DNA from: Anaerolineae bacterium
GTDB taxonomy: Bacteria; Chloroflexota; Anaerolineae; Anaerolineales; Anaerolineaceae
Length of the DNA: 32,000 bases
NCBI GenBank assembly: GCA_013178295.1
Contig: JABLWW010000006.1
Span: forward strand, 58,141 to 90,140
Reading direction: 5' to 3'
Notes under the pieces: model-generated
Databases searched by the model: none
What the model was told of the DNA's origin: nothing
What the model saw: only the letters and a program-made list of their open reading frames with translations
Part shown: in pieces, positions 17,297-25,661 of the stretch
Numbering within the stretch: the first letter of the stretch is position 1
How the letters are laid out: each line of letters opens with the position of its first letter
Program-made: the position numbers and the translations under genes

Positions 17297-18481
17297 ATGA
17301 CGGCGACTTTTTGTTTGGATTCGCGTATTACGGATGATTACCTCCAGCGCATTGAACAGCGCTTGCCCACCTCGATGAACGATGAACGCGTACGCCGCGA
17401 TGCACAAGCCAAGGTTGAAAAACTGCGTCTCTGGATGGTACAACAAAAGCTGGATAGCGTCCTCATTTCACGCTATGACAACTTTGCATGGCTCACATGC
17501 GGTGGCGACAATCGCGTCCTCAAAAACACCGAGACGGGTGCCGGACATCTCCTTCTCACTGCCGACCGTCAGTATCTTCTCGCCTACAGCATGGATGGCG
17601 AGCGCATCCTCGAAGAGCAAATCCCTGCTCAGGGATATCAACTCGAAACCGTCCGCTGGTACGAGGGCGACCCACGTCATCTCACCTTCAAGTTGGGTGG
17701 CAAGCGCATTGCCGCTGACACCGCTCTTCCTGGTGCAGAAGAACGCACGCTGGAAATTCACCGTCTTCACGAACCACTGACCGAACTAGAGATTGACCGC
17801 TGTCGCTGGCTGGGACGGCAGAGCGCTCTCCTCCTCGAGGCGCTTGCCCGCCGGTTACACCCCGGCATGACGGAAGAAGATGTCGCCCGTGAAACGCAAT
17901 GCCTCTATTCTCTTCATGGCATCGAGCTAATTGTCCTCCTTGTTGGCAGCGACGCGCGTGCCATACGTCTACGTCACTCCGTTCCCAGCGGGAAACGCAT
18001 TGAGAAATACATTCTCCTTCATCCCGCTGCCCGCCGCTGGGGGCTGCACGCCAACATCTGCCGCAGCATCCATTTCGGCAAACCCGAACCCGGTCTGTGC
18101 CAGACGTATCACGCCGCGGCTACCATTTATGCCCGCACACTTGGCATGCTCCAACCAAGTCTACCCTTTGCCAACATCCTCGCCGCACAAAAAACTTGGT
18201 ATGCCGATTTGGGCTATACCAATGAGTGGCGCGAGCACTTTCAGGGTGGCCCCTGCGGTTACATCCCCTGTGACCCGACACGCTGTTTCACCGCCATGCA
18301 TGTTGTCGCCGGGCAGGCTTATGATTGGTTTATCACCCTCCCCGGCGTCATGTCTGAAGAGCTTGCACTGCTCACCATTTCAGGCATCGAGGTCGCTTCT
18401 CTCTCCCCCAATTGGCCAAGTCTGGCAATTGATACACCAACAAGTGGAGAAATTCGTTTGCCGGATATGATCGTGGTCTGA
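17297..18481 (+). CDS. M24-fold (creatinase/prolidase-like) protein; four of five metal ligands appear substituted
   Basis: Creatinase-type N-domain plus pita-bread C-domain. By-eye alignment to Pyrococcus prolidase blocks: 'SGKRIEK..LLHPAA..HANICRS..GGPCGY..FITLPG..SEELALLT'. Confidence 0.65.
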   Translation: MTATFCLDSRITDDYLQRIEQRLPTSMNDERVRRDAQAKVEKLRLWMVQQKLDSVLISRYDNFAWLTCGGDNRVLKNTETGAGHLLLTADRQYLLAYSMDGERILEEQIPAQGYQLETVRWYEGDPRHLTFKLGGKRIAADTALPGAEERTLEIHRLHEPLTELEIDRCRWLGRQSALLLEALARRLHPGMTEEDVARETQCLYSLHGIELIVLLVGSDARAIRLRHSVPSGKRIEKYILLHPAARRWGLHANICRSIHFGKPEPGLCQTYHAAATIYARTLGMLQPSLPFANILAAQKTWYADLGYTNEWREHFQGGPCGYIPCDPTRCFTAMHVVAGQAYDWFITLPGVMSEELALLTISGIEVASLSPNWPSLAIDTPTSGEIRLPDMIVV

Positions 18482-18754
18482 CCAATGCGCGACACGACTT
18501 CCCTCTCTCTGGCAGACAGGAGCAAGGTACAGACATCTGCCCAGTCGCTAACACATCACACCTCGCTGATCCAATGCGTCCAAGCCACCCCCTGCGTTTT
18601 CAGCGCGTTGACCAGCTTTTCGTCTGCGCTCTAGAGATCGGCGCTCAGCTGCTCGGCCAGCGCAATGCACTGTGCACTGTAGGCTTTGTTTTGCACCAAA
18701 CGCTCCGCCTGCGCAGGGCGGACTGCAAAATCTTAGAACACACACTTGGGTTTG

Positions 18755-19414
18755 TCAATTTCCCTTCATACGCGCATTCGTGCTTGTTCCATCCCAACGT
18801 AAGAGCGCTGTTCTTACCTCTTCATCAGCAATCTTTTCTACCTCTAGCAATTCTCTGAAACCAGGGTATTCCATGGCCGGGCGCACAACCTCTTCTGACA
18901 ATTCTGCTAGAATCTGAGCAAAGGGACGGTGTGTCTGGGAGGATATGATCCGTAGCATCTCGCGTGATGCAGCCTGTGGCTGGCGGCGGTGTGGTGGATA
19001 ACCACCCCCCATCTCTACGCTGAAAAATTGGTCAAAGATCATACGTAGGTTAACATCGCTTGCCCAACCGTAGCCCTGATTGAGCGCCAGTGAGAGACAG
19101 TTGCCAGCATTAATTTGGGCAAACAACCAGGCATCCAGCGGGCAGAGGATATGCCCGCATACCACGCCGGGGTATTGCATGACCGCGTTTAAAAACCCCT
19201 GCCCGGTACCACAACCGCCTACCACCAACTGAACTCGTCCCAGATTAAGCAGGATAGCAGCCATCAGTCCTGTATGAATGTACTGTAACTCGGGCTTCTC
19301 GCCATTCTTCTTCATTCCCACATTGATAATCTCATGTCCCCTGCCCTGCAACGCGGCAAGAATATCAGCATTACGATCAGCAGCGCTGGTTTCGTTAATC
19401 ACAGCTATTTTCAT
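18755..19414 (-). CDS. RpiB/LacA/LacB-family sugar-phosphate isomerase with about 70-aa C-terminal extension
   Basis: 'MKIAVINE' start with GAGGAA 7 nt upstream (track start 19447 is less likely). Active-site block 'VVGGCGTGQGFLNAV'. Length is 219 aa versus about 150 aa for canonical RpiB. Confidence 0.75.
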   Translation of the reverse strand: MKIAVINETSAADRNADILAALQGRGHEIINVGMKKNGEKPELQYIHTGLMAAILLNLGRVQLVVGGCGTGQGFLNAVMQYPGVVCGHILCPLDAWLFAQINAGNCLSLALNQGYGWASDVNLRMIFDQFFSVEMGGGYPPHRRQPQAASREMLRIISSQTHRPFAQILAELSEEVVRPAMEYPGFRELLEVEKIADEEVRTALLRWDGTSTNARMKGN

Positions 19415-19443
19415 ACTCGTTTTCCTCAAAACCTTCAACAAAC

Positions 19444-20421
19444 TCAAGCCGCCGATAAAGGCTTGCTGAATACACAGGCTTCTTTCTTCCGTAACACCTT
19501 TTCTGCTGCGTGGACAATATGTTCCACGCCCAGCCCCATATAGTCCATCAGGCTTTCGGGATCAAGCGCGGTGGGGGCAAAACTATCGGCAATGCCCACC
19601 CGCTCTACAGGTACAGGGCAGTTTTCGGCCAGGACTTCGGCAATTGCGCTGCCCAGCCCGCCAAAGATGGAATGCTCCTCGGCAGTAACAACAGCGCCTG
19701 TCTCTGCTGCCGCAAGGCAAACAGCTTCAGCATCTATCGGTTTGAGTGTATGGATTTCAATTAGTCGTGCTGAGATGCCACGCTGTGCTAACCTTTCAAC
19801 TGCTAGCAGACTGCGTCCTGTCATCGCACCTGTAGCAAAGATAGAAACGTCTCCCCCCTCCTGCAGAGTAATGGCTTTGCCAATCTGCACGTCCACGTTG
19901 GGTGAGTGGACTGGCAGGCTGTGTGCGCGGCTAATACGCAAATAGACTGGGCGGTCATATTCACCAAGCACAGACACCCAGCGGCGGATTTCGTTGTTGT
20001 CTGCGGGGACAATGACGGTCATGTTAGGCAAAGCGCGCATCACTGCCAGGTCAGTAATACAGTGATGGGTTGCACCGTCCTTGAAATCCGAGAGACCAGC
20101 GTAATGTCCTACCAATCTGACTGCAGTCTCGGCGTATGCAACACAAGTACGCACCTGTTCAGCAGCGCGCAGACACAAAAACGCAGCAAAGGCATTGACA
20201 AAAGGTACCCACCCCTCCAGAGCCAGTCCTACCCCAACGTCTACCATGCATGGCTCTGCAATTCCCAGATTGAAAAAGCGCTGAGGGTATTTGTTGGCAA
20301 AGAAATGGGTCAGGGTAGAAGAGGAGGTATCAGCATCTAGGACAACGAGGCGTGGGTTGAGCTCGCCATAATCCGCCAACGCACGTCCGTATGCTTCACG
20401 TTGCGGCATCTCATCTGTCAT
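19444..20421 (-). CDS. Transketolase, C-terminal (pyrimidine-binding) subunit
   Basis: 'NLGIAEPCMVDVGVGLA' and the C-terminal domain are typical of split transketolases. ATG 20421 has AAGGAAGG 5 nt upstream; the track start 20439 lies inside that SD. Confidence 0.9.
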   Translation of the reverse strand: MTDEMPQREAYGRALADYGELNPRLVVLDADTSSSTLTHFFANKYPQRFFNLGIAEPCMVDVGVGLALEGWVPFVNAFAAFLCLRAAEQVRTCVAYAETAVRLVGHYAGLSDFKDGATHHCITDLAVMRALPNMTVIVPADNNEIRRWVSVLGEYDRPVYLRISRAHSLPVHSPNVDVQIGKAITLQEGGDVSIFATGAMTGRSLLAVERLAQRGISARLIEIHTLKPIDAEAVCLAAAETGAVVTAEEHSIFGGLGSAIAEVLAENCPVPVERVGIADSFAPTALDPESLMDYMGLGVEHIVHAAEKVLRKKEACVFSKPLSAA

Positions 20422-20422
20422 A

Positions 20423-21262
20423 TCAGCCTTCCTTTCCAAGCAGCTCTGTCACAGCCTGCTCATATTGTTGCTGATTGGGAACAGCACCATGCCATTTTGC
20501 ATCATTTTCCATAAAGGAAACCCCTTTACCCTTGGTAGTATGGGCAATAATCATTGTTGGGCAATGGTGAATCTCCTCCGCTAAATCAAGTGCCTCAGCA
20601 ACTTGGCGTACATTGTGCCCATTAACCTCCAATACCTTCCAGCCAAATGAACGCCACCGCTCTGCCACAGGTTCAAGAGGCATAATTTCATGTACTGCCC
20701 CATCCAATTGAACATCGTTGTAATCCAGGATAGCAGTCAGGTTTGCCAGACGGTACTTTGCGGCTACGGAGGCAGCTTCCCAAACAATGCCTGCCTGCAT
20801 TTCGCCATCCCCAAGCAGAACATAGACGCGGCAGGTTCGACTGTCGAGCCGCAGCCCCATCGCTACCCCTGTAGCTACTGCCAGCCCATGCCCCAGCGGC
20901 CCAGCGCTCATCTCCACCCCGGGCGTCTTGAGGCGGTCGGGATGTCCTTGTAACGAGCAATCCAACCTACCCCAGCTGGTAAGCTCCTCGCGTGGAAAAA
21001 AACCTCGTTTTGCCAGAGCAGCATATAGAATTGCTGAGGCATGCCCCTTGCTCAAGAAGAAACGATCGCGCCCTTGCCAATGTGAATTTTGCGGATCGAG
21101 ACGCAATTTATGAAAGAACAACACGGCGAGAATCTCGGCTGCTGATAGCGCCCCTCCGGGGTGCCCCGATTGACGACGGTAAATCATCTCCAGACTTTCA
21201 ATACGCAGCTGACGAGCAATGCTCTCAAGTTCAATAATTCTGTTTTCAGTCAAATAATTCAT
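20423..21262 (-). CDS. Transketolase, N-terminal (TPP-binding) subunit
   Basis: 'SGHPGGALSAAEILAVLF' and 'GDGEMQAGIVWEA'. ATGA overlap with the upstream gene. Confidence 0.92.
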   Translation of the reverse strand: MNYLTENRIIELESIARQLRIESLEMIYRRQSGHPGGALSAAEILAVLFFHKLRLDPQNSHWQGRDRFFLSKGHASAILYAALAKRGFFPREELTSWGRLDCSLQGHPDRLKTPGVEMSAGPLGHGLAVATGVAMGLRLDSRTCRVYVLLGDGEMQAGIVWEAASVAAKYRLANLTAILDYNDVQLDGAVHEIMPLEPVAERWRSFGWKVLEVNGHNVRQVAEALDLAEEIHHCPTMIIAHTTKGKGVSFMENDAKWHGAVPNQQQYEQAVTELLGKEG

Positions 21263-22341
21263 TTTCTGTCTATCTTTACTGCTTTTTGGTTCAAAACAAT
21301 TTCATGATTGACCGCAGCGGACTGGTGAGCGGCAATGGAAAACTCAAGAACATTGCGTGCGGTGCGTCCATCCAGTTTTGCTGTCCCACCATTTGCCAGC
21401 ACATCGAGCAGATGGCGTGTGCAGTCAATAAAGCTGTCATGCCATTCATAGCGGTCAACGTGCACTTCGGTTGTTTTACCATCGCGGAAAAGAACCAATG
21501 GTGGATAGTCCAGTGTCTTTGCTGTGCAACGATTGATAATGAGGATACCGCGGTCGCCAATAATTTCGGCGCGGTCATCATCAGAATAGTAGATGCTATC
21601 CATTACCAGGTTAGGAGTGTGGGCAAAATCGAGTATGCCATACTTGCGGCTGCCTTGGAACTGAAACATAATCACTGCTGGGGCATCCAGGTAAATGCCT
21701 GGACGCACCATACTGCGGTCCATCCAGGCATGGACACGTTTGACCGGGCCCATCAAGTCATACGCCAGCGAAAACAGGTGGTACCCATGGTCAAAAATCA
21801 GTGGCCCCCCACCGCTTAACTTTTCATTGAAACGCCACGCCCATGCCGAGAGTGGCACCTTCCACTCTGTCTTGCTTTTACCAGTACTAACATGCATCCG
21901 CAACATTTGCGGCTCACCAATTTCACCAGCTTGTAACATCTCGCGCGCCTTAACATGCGGAGGGTAAAAAACAAAGTTTTCATAGACGCGGAAGACTTTC
22001 TTGCTCTCCTCAGCGGCGGCAATCATCTCATCAGCCTCTTGCAGGGTCAGTGCCATGGGTTTCTGTAGCGAGACATGCTTACCTGCTCGCAACGCTTGAA
22101 TGGTCATATGACAATGAAGATGATGCGGAACAAGCAACTCTACCAAATCAATCTCAGCATCACCAAGTACATCCTCGAAATGCTGATACACTTTGGGCAC
22201 TTGCCAAGCGCTGGCTTTTTGCTTTGCCCGGCGCAGGTCGGTATCACAAACAGCAAGGATGCGAGCATCCTCACGTCCTTGATAACCCAGTTGATGCAGA
22301 TCGGAGATGCGCCCACAGCCTACAAATGCTACATTAATCAC
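21259..22341 (-). CDS. Gfo/Idh/MocA-family NAD(P)-dependent oxidoreductase
   Basis: N-terminal Rossmann 'VAFVGCGRISDLH' and 'QKPMALT' (EKP-type motif). GTG start with AGGAG 7 nt upstream. Confidence 0.88.
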   Translation of the reverse strand: MINVAFVGCGRISDLHQLGYQGREDARILAVCDTDLRRAKQKASAWQVPKVYQHFEDVLGDAEIDLVELLVPHHLHCHMTIQALRAGKHVSLQKPMALTLQEADEMIAAAEESKKVFRVYENFVFYPPHVKAREMLQAGEIGEPQMLRMHVSTGKSKTEWKVPLSAWAWRFNEKLSGGGPLIFDHGYHLFSLAYDLMGPVKRVHAWMDRSMVRPGIYLDAPAVIMFQFQGSRKYGILDFAHTPNLVMDSIYYSDDDRAEIIGDRGILIINRCTAKTLDYPPLVLFRDGKTTEVHVDRYEWHDSFIDCTRHLLDVLANGGTAKLDGRTARNVLEFSIAAHQSAAVNHEIVLNQKAVKIDRK

Positions 22342-22378
22342 CTGTTTCTCCTTTCAGCCACAAAAAGGCAAGAAAATC

Positions 22379-23761
22379 CTAAGCATTGGCATCCTGATAC
22401 TCCTCTACTTGTTTGGCGCGCAGTCTCATACGCACGCTAAGATGGGTTTTACGATTAATGGGATGCCAAATCAACAGTGGCAGGACAAGCAAAATAAACA
22501 GTGCTGGTAGCGGACCAAAGAATAAGCGGATGCCAAACAGCGTGTCAGCACTCTGTTCAATATTGGGAATATATCCGAAAAGCGCTAACAACCAGCCGCT
22601 GCCAGCAATGGCGATAGCTTCTGAGATTTTGGTTATTACTCCCCAAATGCCGAAGTACATCCCGCTGCGATACTCGCCTGTTTCTACCCTGTCAAAATCT
22701 ACTATGTCAGGGATCATTGACCAGGGAAAGACCCAGTTGGAAGCAAAGCCAACCCCTGCAACAACAGCAATAGCATAAATCAACGGCGTAGAAGAATGGG
22801 GTAGAAAAAAGCTGCTTCCGACTGCCAATGCCCCAATTGCCATTCCCAGAGCGTATGCTGGCCCTTTATCCCACTTTTCAGAGAGCTTTTTCCACCCAAA
22901 CAGACTAAGAGCGACCACAAGCAGTAACAAACCCATCACCAGCGGTACTTGCTTTTCCATACCCAGTTGGTAAGTAAGGAAATACGCCATCAGTGTCTTG
23001 ATCAGGGCGAATGAGAGATTCATGACCAGATAGGCAACCATCAAGCGTACAAAGGGCTTATTCTGGAAAGAGTGCTTCAGTGCCTTCCACACAGACAGTG
23101 ATGAGATGTTTTCGGCAATATCAGCTTTCTCACGCAGACCGGAAGCTGAGATAAGCAAAGCCGCAGAAGCAATGACGCCGTATAGAACTCCAATGAAACC
23201 GTAACCGCTGTATTTGCTGGCAAATAATCCAACAATGGCAGGGGTAAGTGCTGCCCCTACCAGGTAAGCTGGTACAGCCAGTGTCATGCGCAAAGAGGTC
23301 AAGCTCGAACGCTCATCATAATCTTCTGTTAGTTCGGAAGAAAGCGAATAGTAAGGGACGTTGGTAAACGTCCATAGTGTATCAAATACAATAAAAGTCA
23401 GCGCTACCCACAGAAAGATACCCAACCCGCTCAAGCCGCGCGGCACAAACCATAGCAGCATAATGCTGATCCCTAGCGGAATAGCGCCGAAAATCATAAA
23501 AACTCGTCGTTTTCCAAAGCGTTTAGAAGTCGTGCGGTCAGAGAACCACCCTAACAGTGGGTCGTTGACGGCATCCCAAATTTTGCCCAATAACAGGGCA
23601 CTACCGACCAACGCCGGTGGCAACAGCGCACCATCGGTGTAGTAAATCAAAAGAAAGAACTGTATTGACGAGTTGACAATAGCATTACCCACATCGCCAA
23701 TACCGTAGAACAACTTGGTCTTAAGTGATAACTTATCCTCCTGCAGCGTTGCGATGCTCAT
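22379..23761 (-). CDS. GPH-family (glycoside-pentoside-hexuronide) cation symporter
   Basis: 'GKIWDAVNDPLLGWFSDRTTSKRFGKRR' is the GPH signature loop, and there are 12 hydrophobic helices. I prefer the start at MSIATLQ (23761); the track start 23872 would overlap the upstream gene by 100 nt. Confidence 0.88.
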   Translation of the reverse strand: MSIATLQEDKLSLKTKLFYGIGDVGNAIVNSSIQFFLLIYYTDGALLPPALVGSALLLGKIWDAVNDPLLGWFSDRTTSKRFGKRRVFMIFGAIPLGISIMLLWFVPRGLSGLGIFLWVALTFIVFDTLWTFTNVPYYSLSSELTEDYDERSSLTSLRMTLAVPAYLVGAALTPAIVGLFASKYSGYGFIGVLYGVIASAALLISASGLREKADIAENISSLSVWKALKHSFQNKPFVRLMVAYLVMNLSFALIKTLMAYFLTYQLGMEKQVPLVMGLLLLVVALSLFGWKKLSEKWDKGPAYALGMAIGALAVGSSFFLPHSSTPLIYAIAVVAGVGFASNWVFPWSMIPDIVDFDRVETGEYRSGMYFGIWGVITKISEAIAIAGSGWLLALFGYIPNIEQSADTLFGIRLFFGPLPALFILLVLPLLIWHPINRKTHLSVRMRLRAKQVEEYQDANA

Positions 23762-23771
23762 GCCTTCTCTC

Positions 23772-25661
23772 TTATAAACCGATCTGATGTCGGATGCGTT
23801 GTGTCTCTTCCGACCAGTTGCCAACGTTCCAGCGTCCAAATGCCCCCAGCCCCCCCATCTCATGTGTACCATAATAGACTGGTAAATGGATTAATGATAA
23901 ACCATTATACTGTCGGGCTGTCTCCAGGGCAGAAAGCAGTGAGGCGGTAGTGTACCCGCCATGAAGTGCTTGGATACCCTTGATCGCCTTACCCCAGGCA
24001 ACGTAGTCCACTTCAACTGTATCATTCGTGGCAAAGTCGTGCCCATATTGCGCCACTTGCAGAGCAGAGATGGCAGACATACGACGATTGTCAAGAATGA
24101 GAATGCAACCGCGTGCACCATGCTGGACACCGTCAATAAGAATCTGTGGGTTCATAGTAAAGGATCCGTCGCCGCTGATCGCCAGAGCGTAGAAGGGTTG
24201 GGTGGCAATGCCGCTTGCCAGGACAGCAGAAGCCGCAAACCCCATATAAGAGGCGCCGCCGTCGGTGAAGGTTTGCCCAAGGCACTCATCCTCGACGATT
24301 TGAAAACCGTGCGCTTGTACATCGCCAGCATCAAAGAATGTTACCACTCGGTTTGTGCGCGCCCAATCTGTGGCAACCTTGATGGCTGCAGGTTGCGTAA
24401 GTACCTCTCTTCCCCAAGTCTCATCAAAAAGGGTAGGGTGACGATAGCGTTGTGCTTTGTAATCTTCCCAATCTCTACGCCGGGAACTACACTCTTTCAG
24501 CCATACAGCGCCACTCTCTCCCGATCGTTTCCCACCCTGCTGCAAAAGTTTGTTGAGCTTTTGCAGGGTGGGTCCAGCATCGCCCATCAGCCCAATTGTC
24601 TTGCCATAGTGTGTAACGGCATGGCTATCGGTGTTGATATTGATGACGCATTGCACATTTGGATAACCGGTTCGTGAACAGTCCGACTGGCAAACAAAGC
24701 GGGTGCCAACTGCTACCAGGAGATCAGCCTGTTCCATAGCAAAGTTACCGCATATTGAGCCCTTTGAGCCACCGACGCACATATTGCGTGGGTGGTGATA
24801 AGGAATAATACCGGAAACAACCGGCGCGGTAACGGCCACAGCATCTGTCAGCTCGAGGAATTCCAACAATTCCTGCCCCGCTTTGCGTGCACCACCGCCT
24901 ACTTTAACCACAATACGCTTCGCGGACCGCAACGCGTCAACGGCTTGCAGATAATTGTCATCATCTGCAGCAGCTCCATAACGTGGCGGTATACCCTCAG
25001 GAAGCTCATCCAGGTTAAAATCCTCCATCATCAGGGGCTGAACATTCATGGGCAACAACAGAAAAAACGGCCCAGCGTTGTGAGGATGATCCACCGTGGT
25101 CAGCCCCCGCCGCAGTGCAGTGGGCAGGGCAAGCGGGGTATGCAGGGTGTATGCTGCTCCCATCTGTGTAAACAGCCTGAGAAAGCCAGCCTGATCTGGG
25201 CGTGGGATTTGTTGAAAATTTGGTCCCTCATCTTCACTGGTCTCATCACCAAACAGATACCACACACCAACGCGGTTCGATGCTGAAGTAAGTGAAGCCG
25301 CTAATGCTTGCAGTGGACCCGGTCCAATAGAAGCAACTACTGCTGCCTTCTCATTGCGCACCCAGCGCAGGGCAACTGCAGCGTGTGAAGCTTCGATTTC
25401 ACTCCGCACGGCATATACCTGCACTAATCCAGCCTGTTGGTAAATGCGCAGCACTTCGCCAATCTCAGTACTACCGTGCCCTAGAACCACAATATATTTT
25501 TGAACTCCCTGTAACAACAACCCAAGAATAAGCGCTTCAGATACGCTCAAATTGATATGATGTGGTAACGCGCCTGTCTGTCGAGCAGCACAAATACCGC
25601 CAGCGGCAGCAATGGCAACAGCGCGTGCGTGACGTTCTTGTTGTAGCTGCCCGGCGTTCAT
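23772..25661 (-). CDS. Thiamine-diphosphate-dependent enzyme, IolD-like branch of the acetolactate-synthase superfamily
   Basis: TPP motif 'GDGSFTMNPQ...LILDNRRMSAISALQ'. 'GDETSEDEGPNFQQIP', 'GGASYMGF' and the C-terminal 'GGLGAFGRWNV' resemble IolD-family blocks as I recall them. 629 aa. Confidence 0.65.
   Translation of the reverse strand: MNAGQLQQERHARAVAIAAAGGICAARQTGALPHHINLSVSEALILGLLLQGVQKYIVVLGHGSTEIGEVLRIYQQAGLVQVYAVRSEIEASHAAVALRWVRNEKAAVVASIGPGPLQALAASLTSASNRVGVWYLFGDETSEDEGPNFQQIPRPDQAGFLRLFTQMGAAYTLHTPLALPTALRRGLTTVDHPHNAGPFFLLLPMNVQPLMMEDFNLDELPEGIPPRYGAAADDDNYLQAVDALRSAKRIVVKVGGGARKAGQELLEFLELTDAVAVTAPVVSGIIPYHHPRNMCVGGSKGSICGNFAMEQADLLVAVGTRFVCQSDCSRTGYPNVQCVININTDSHAVTHYGKTIGLMGDAGPTLQKLNKLLQQGGKRSGESGAVWLKECSSRRRDWEDYKAQRYRHPTLFDETWGREVLTQPAAIKVATDWARTNRVVTFFDAGDVQAHGFQIVEDECLGQTFTDGGASYMGFAASAVLASGIATQPFYALAISGDGSFTMNPQILIDGVQHGARGCILILDNRRMSAISALQVAQYGHDFATNDTVEVDYVAWGKAIKGIQALHGGYTTASLLSALETARQYNGLSLIHLPVYYGTHEMGGLGAFGRWNVGNWSEETQRIRHQIGL

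Noticed and set aside
18706-18722. CCGCC-TGCGCAG-GGCGG hairpin as a bidirectional terminator between the convergent operons
   Set aside because: It has only a 5-6 bp stem and no U-tract on either strand, which is too weak to call.
23961-24677. 238-aa ORF on the plus strand (similar cases at 21286-21819, 5838-6368, 6764-7309, 10508-11080 and 3645-4124)
   Set aside because: All are antisense or out of frame within strongly supported genes. They are Arg/Ser/Pro-rich with no family motifs, so I treated them as non-coding frames.
16463-25661. Interpretation as a canonical myo-inositol (iol) catabolic operon
   Set aside because: Only IolD-, IolG- and IolE/I-like folds are present. IolB, a PfkB-type IolC, IolJ and IolA are absent, and the genes are split over convergent operons. 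I kept this only as a hypothesis of a non-canonical route.
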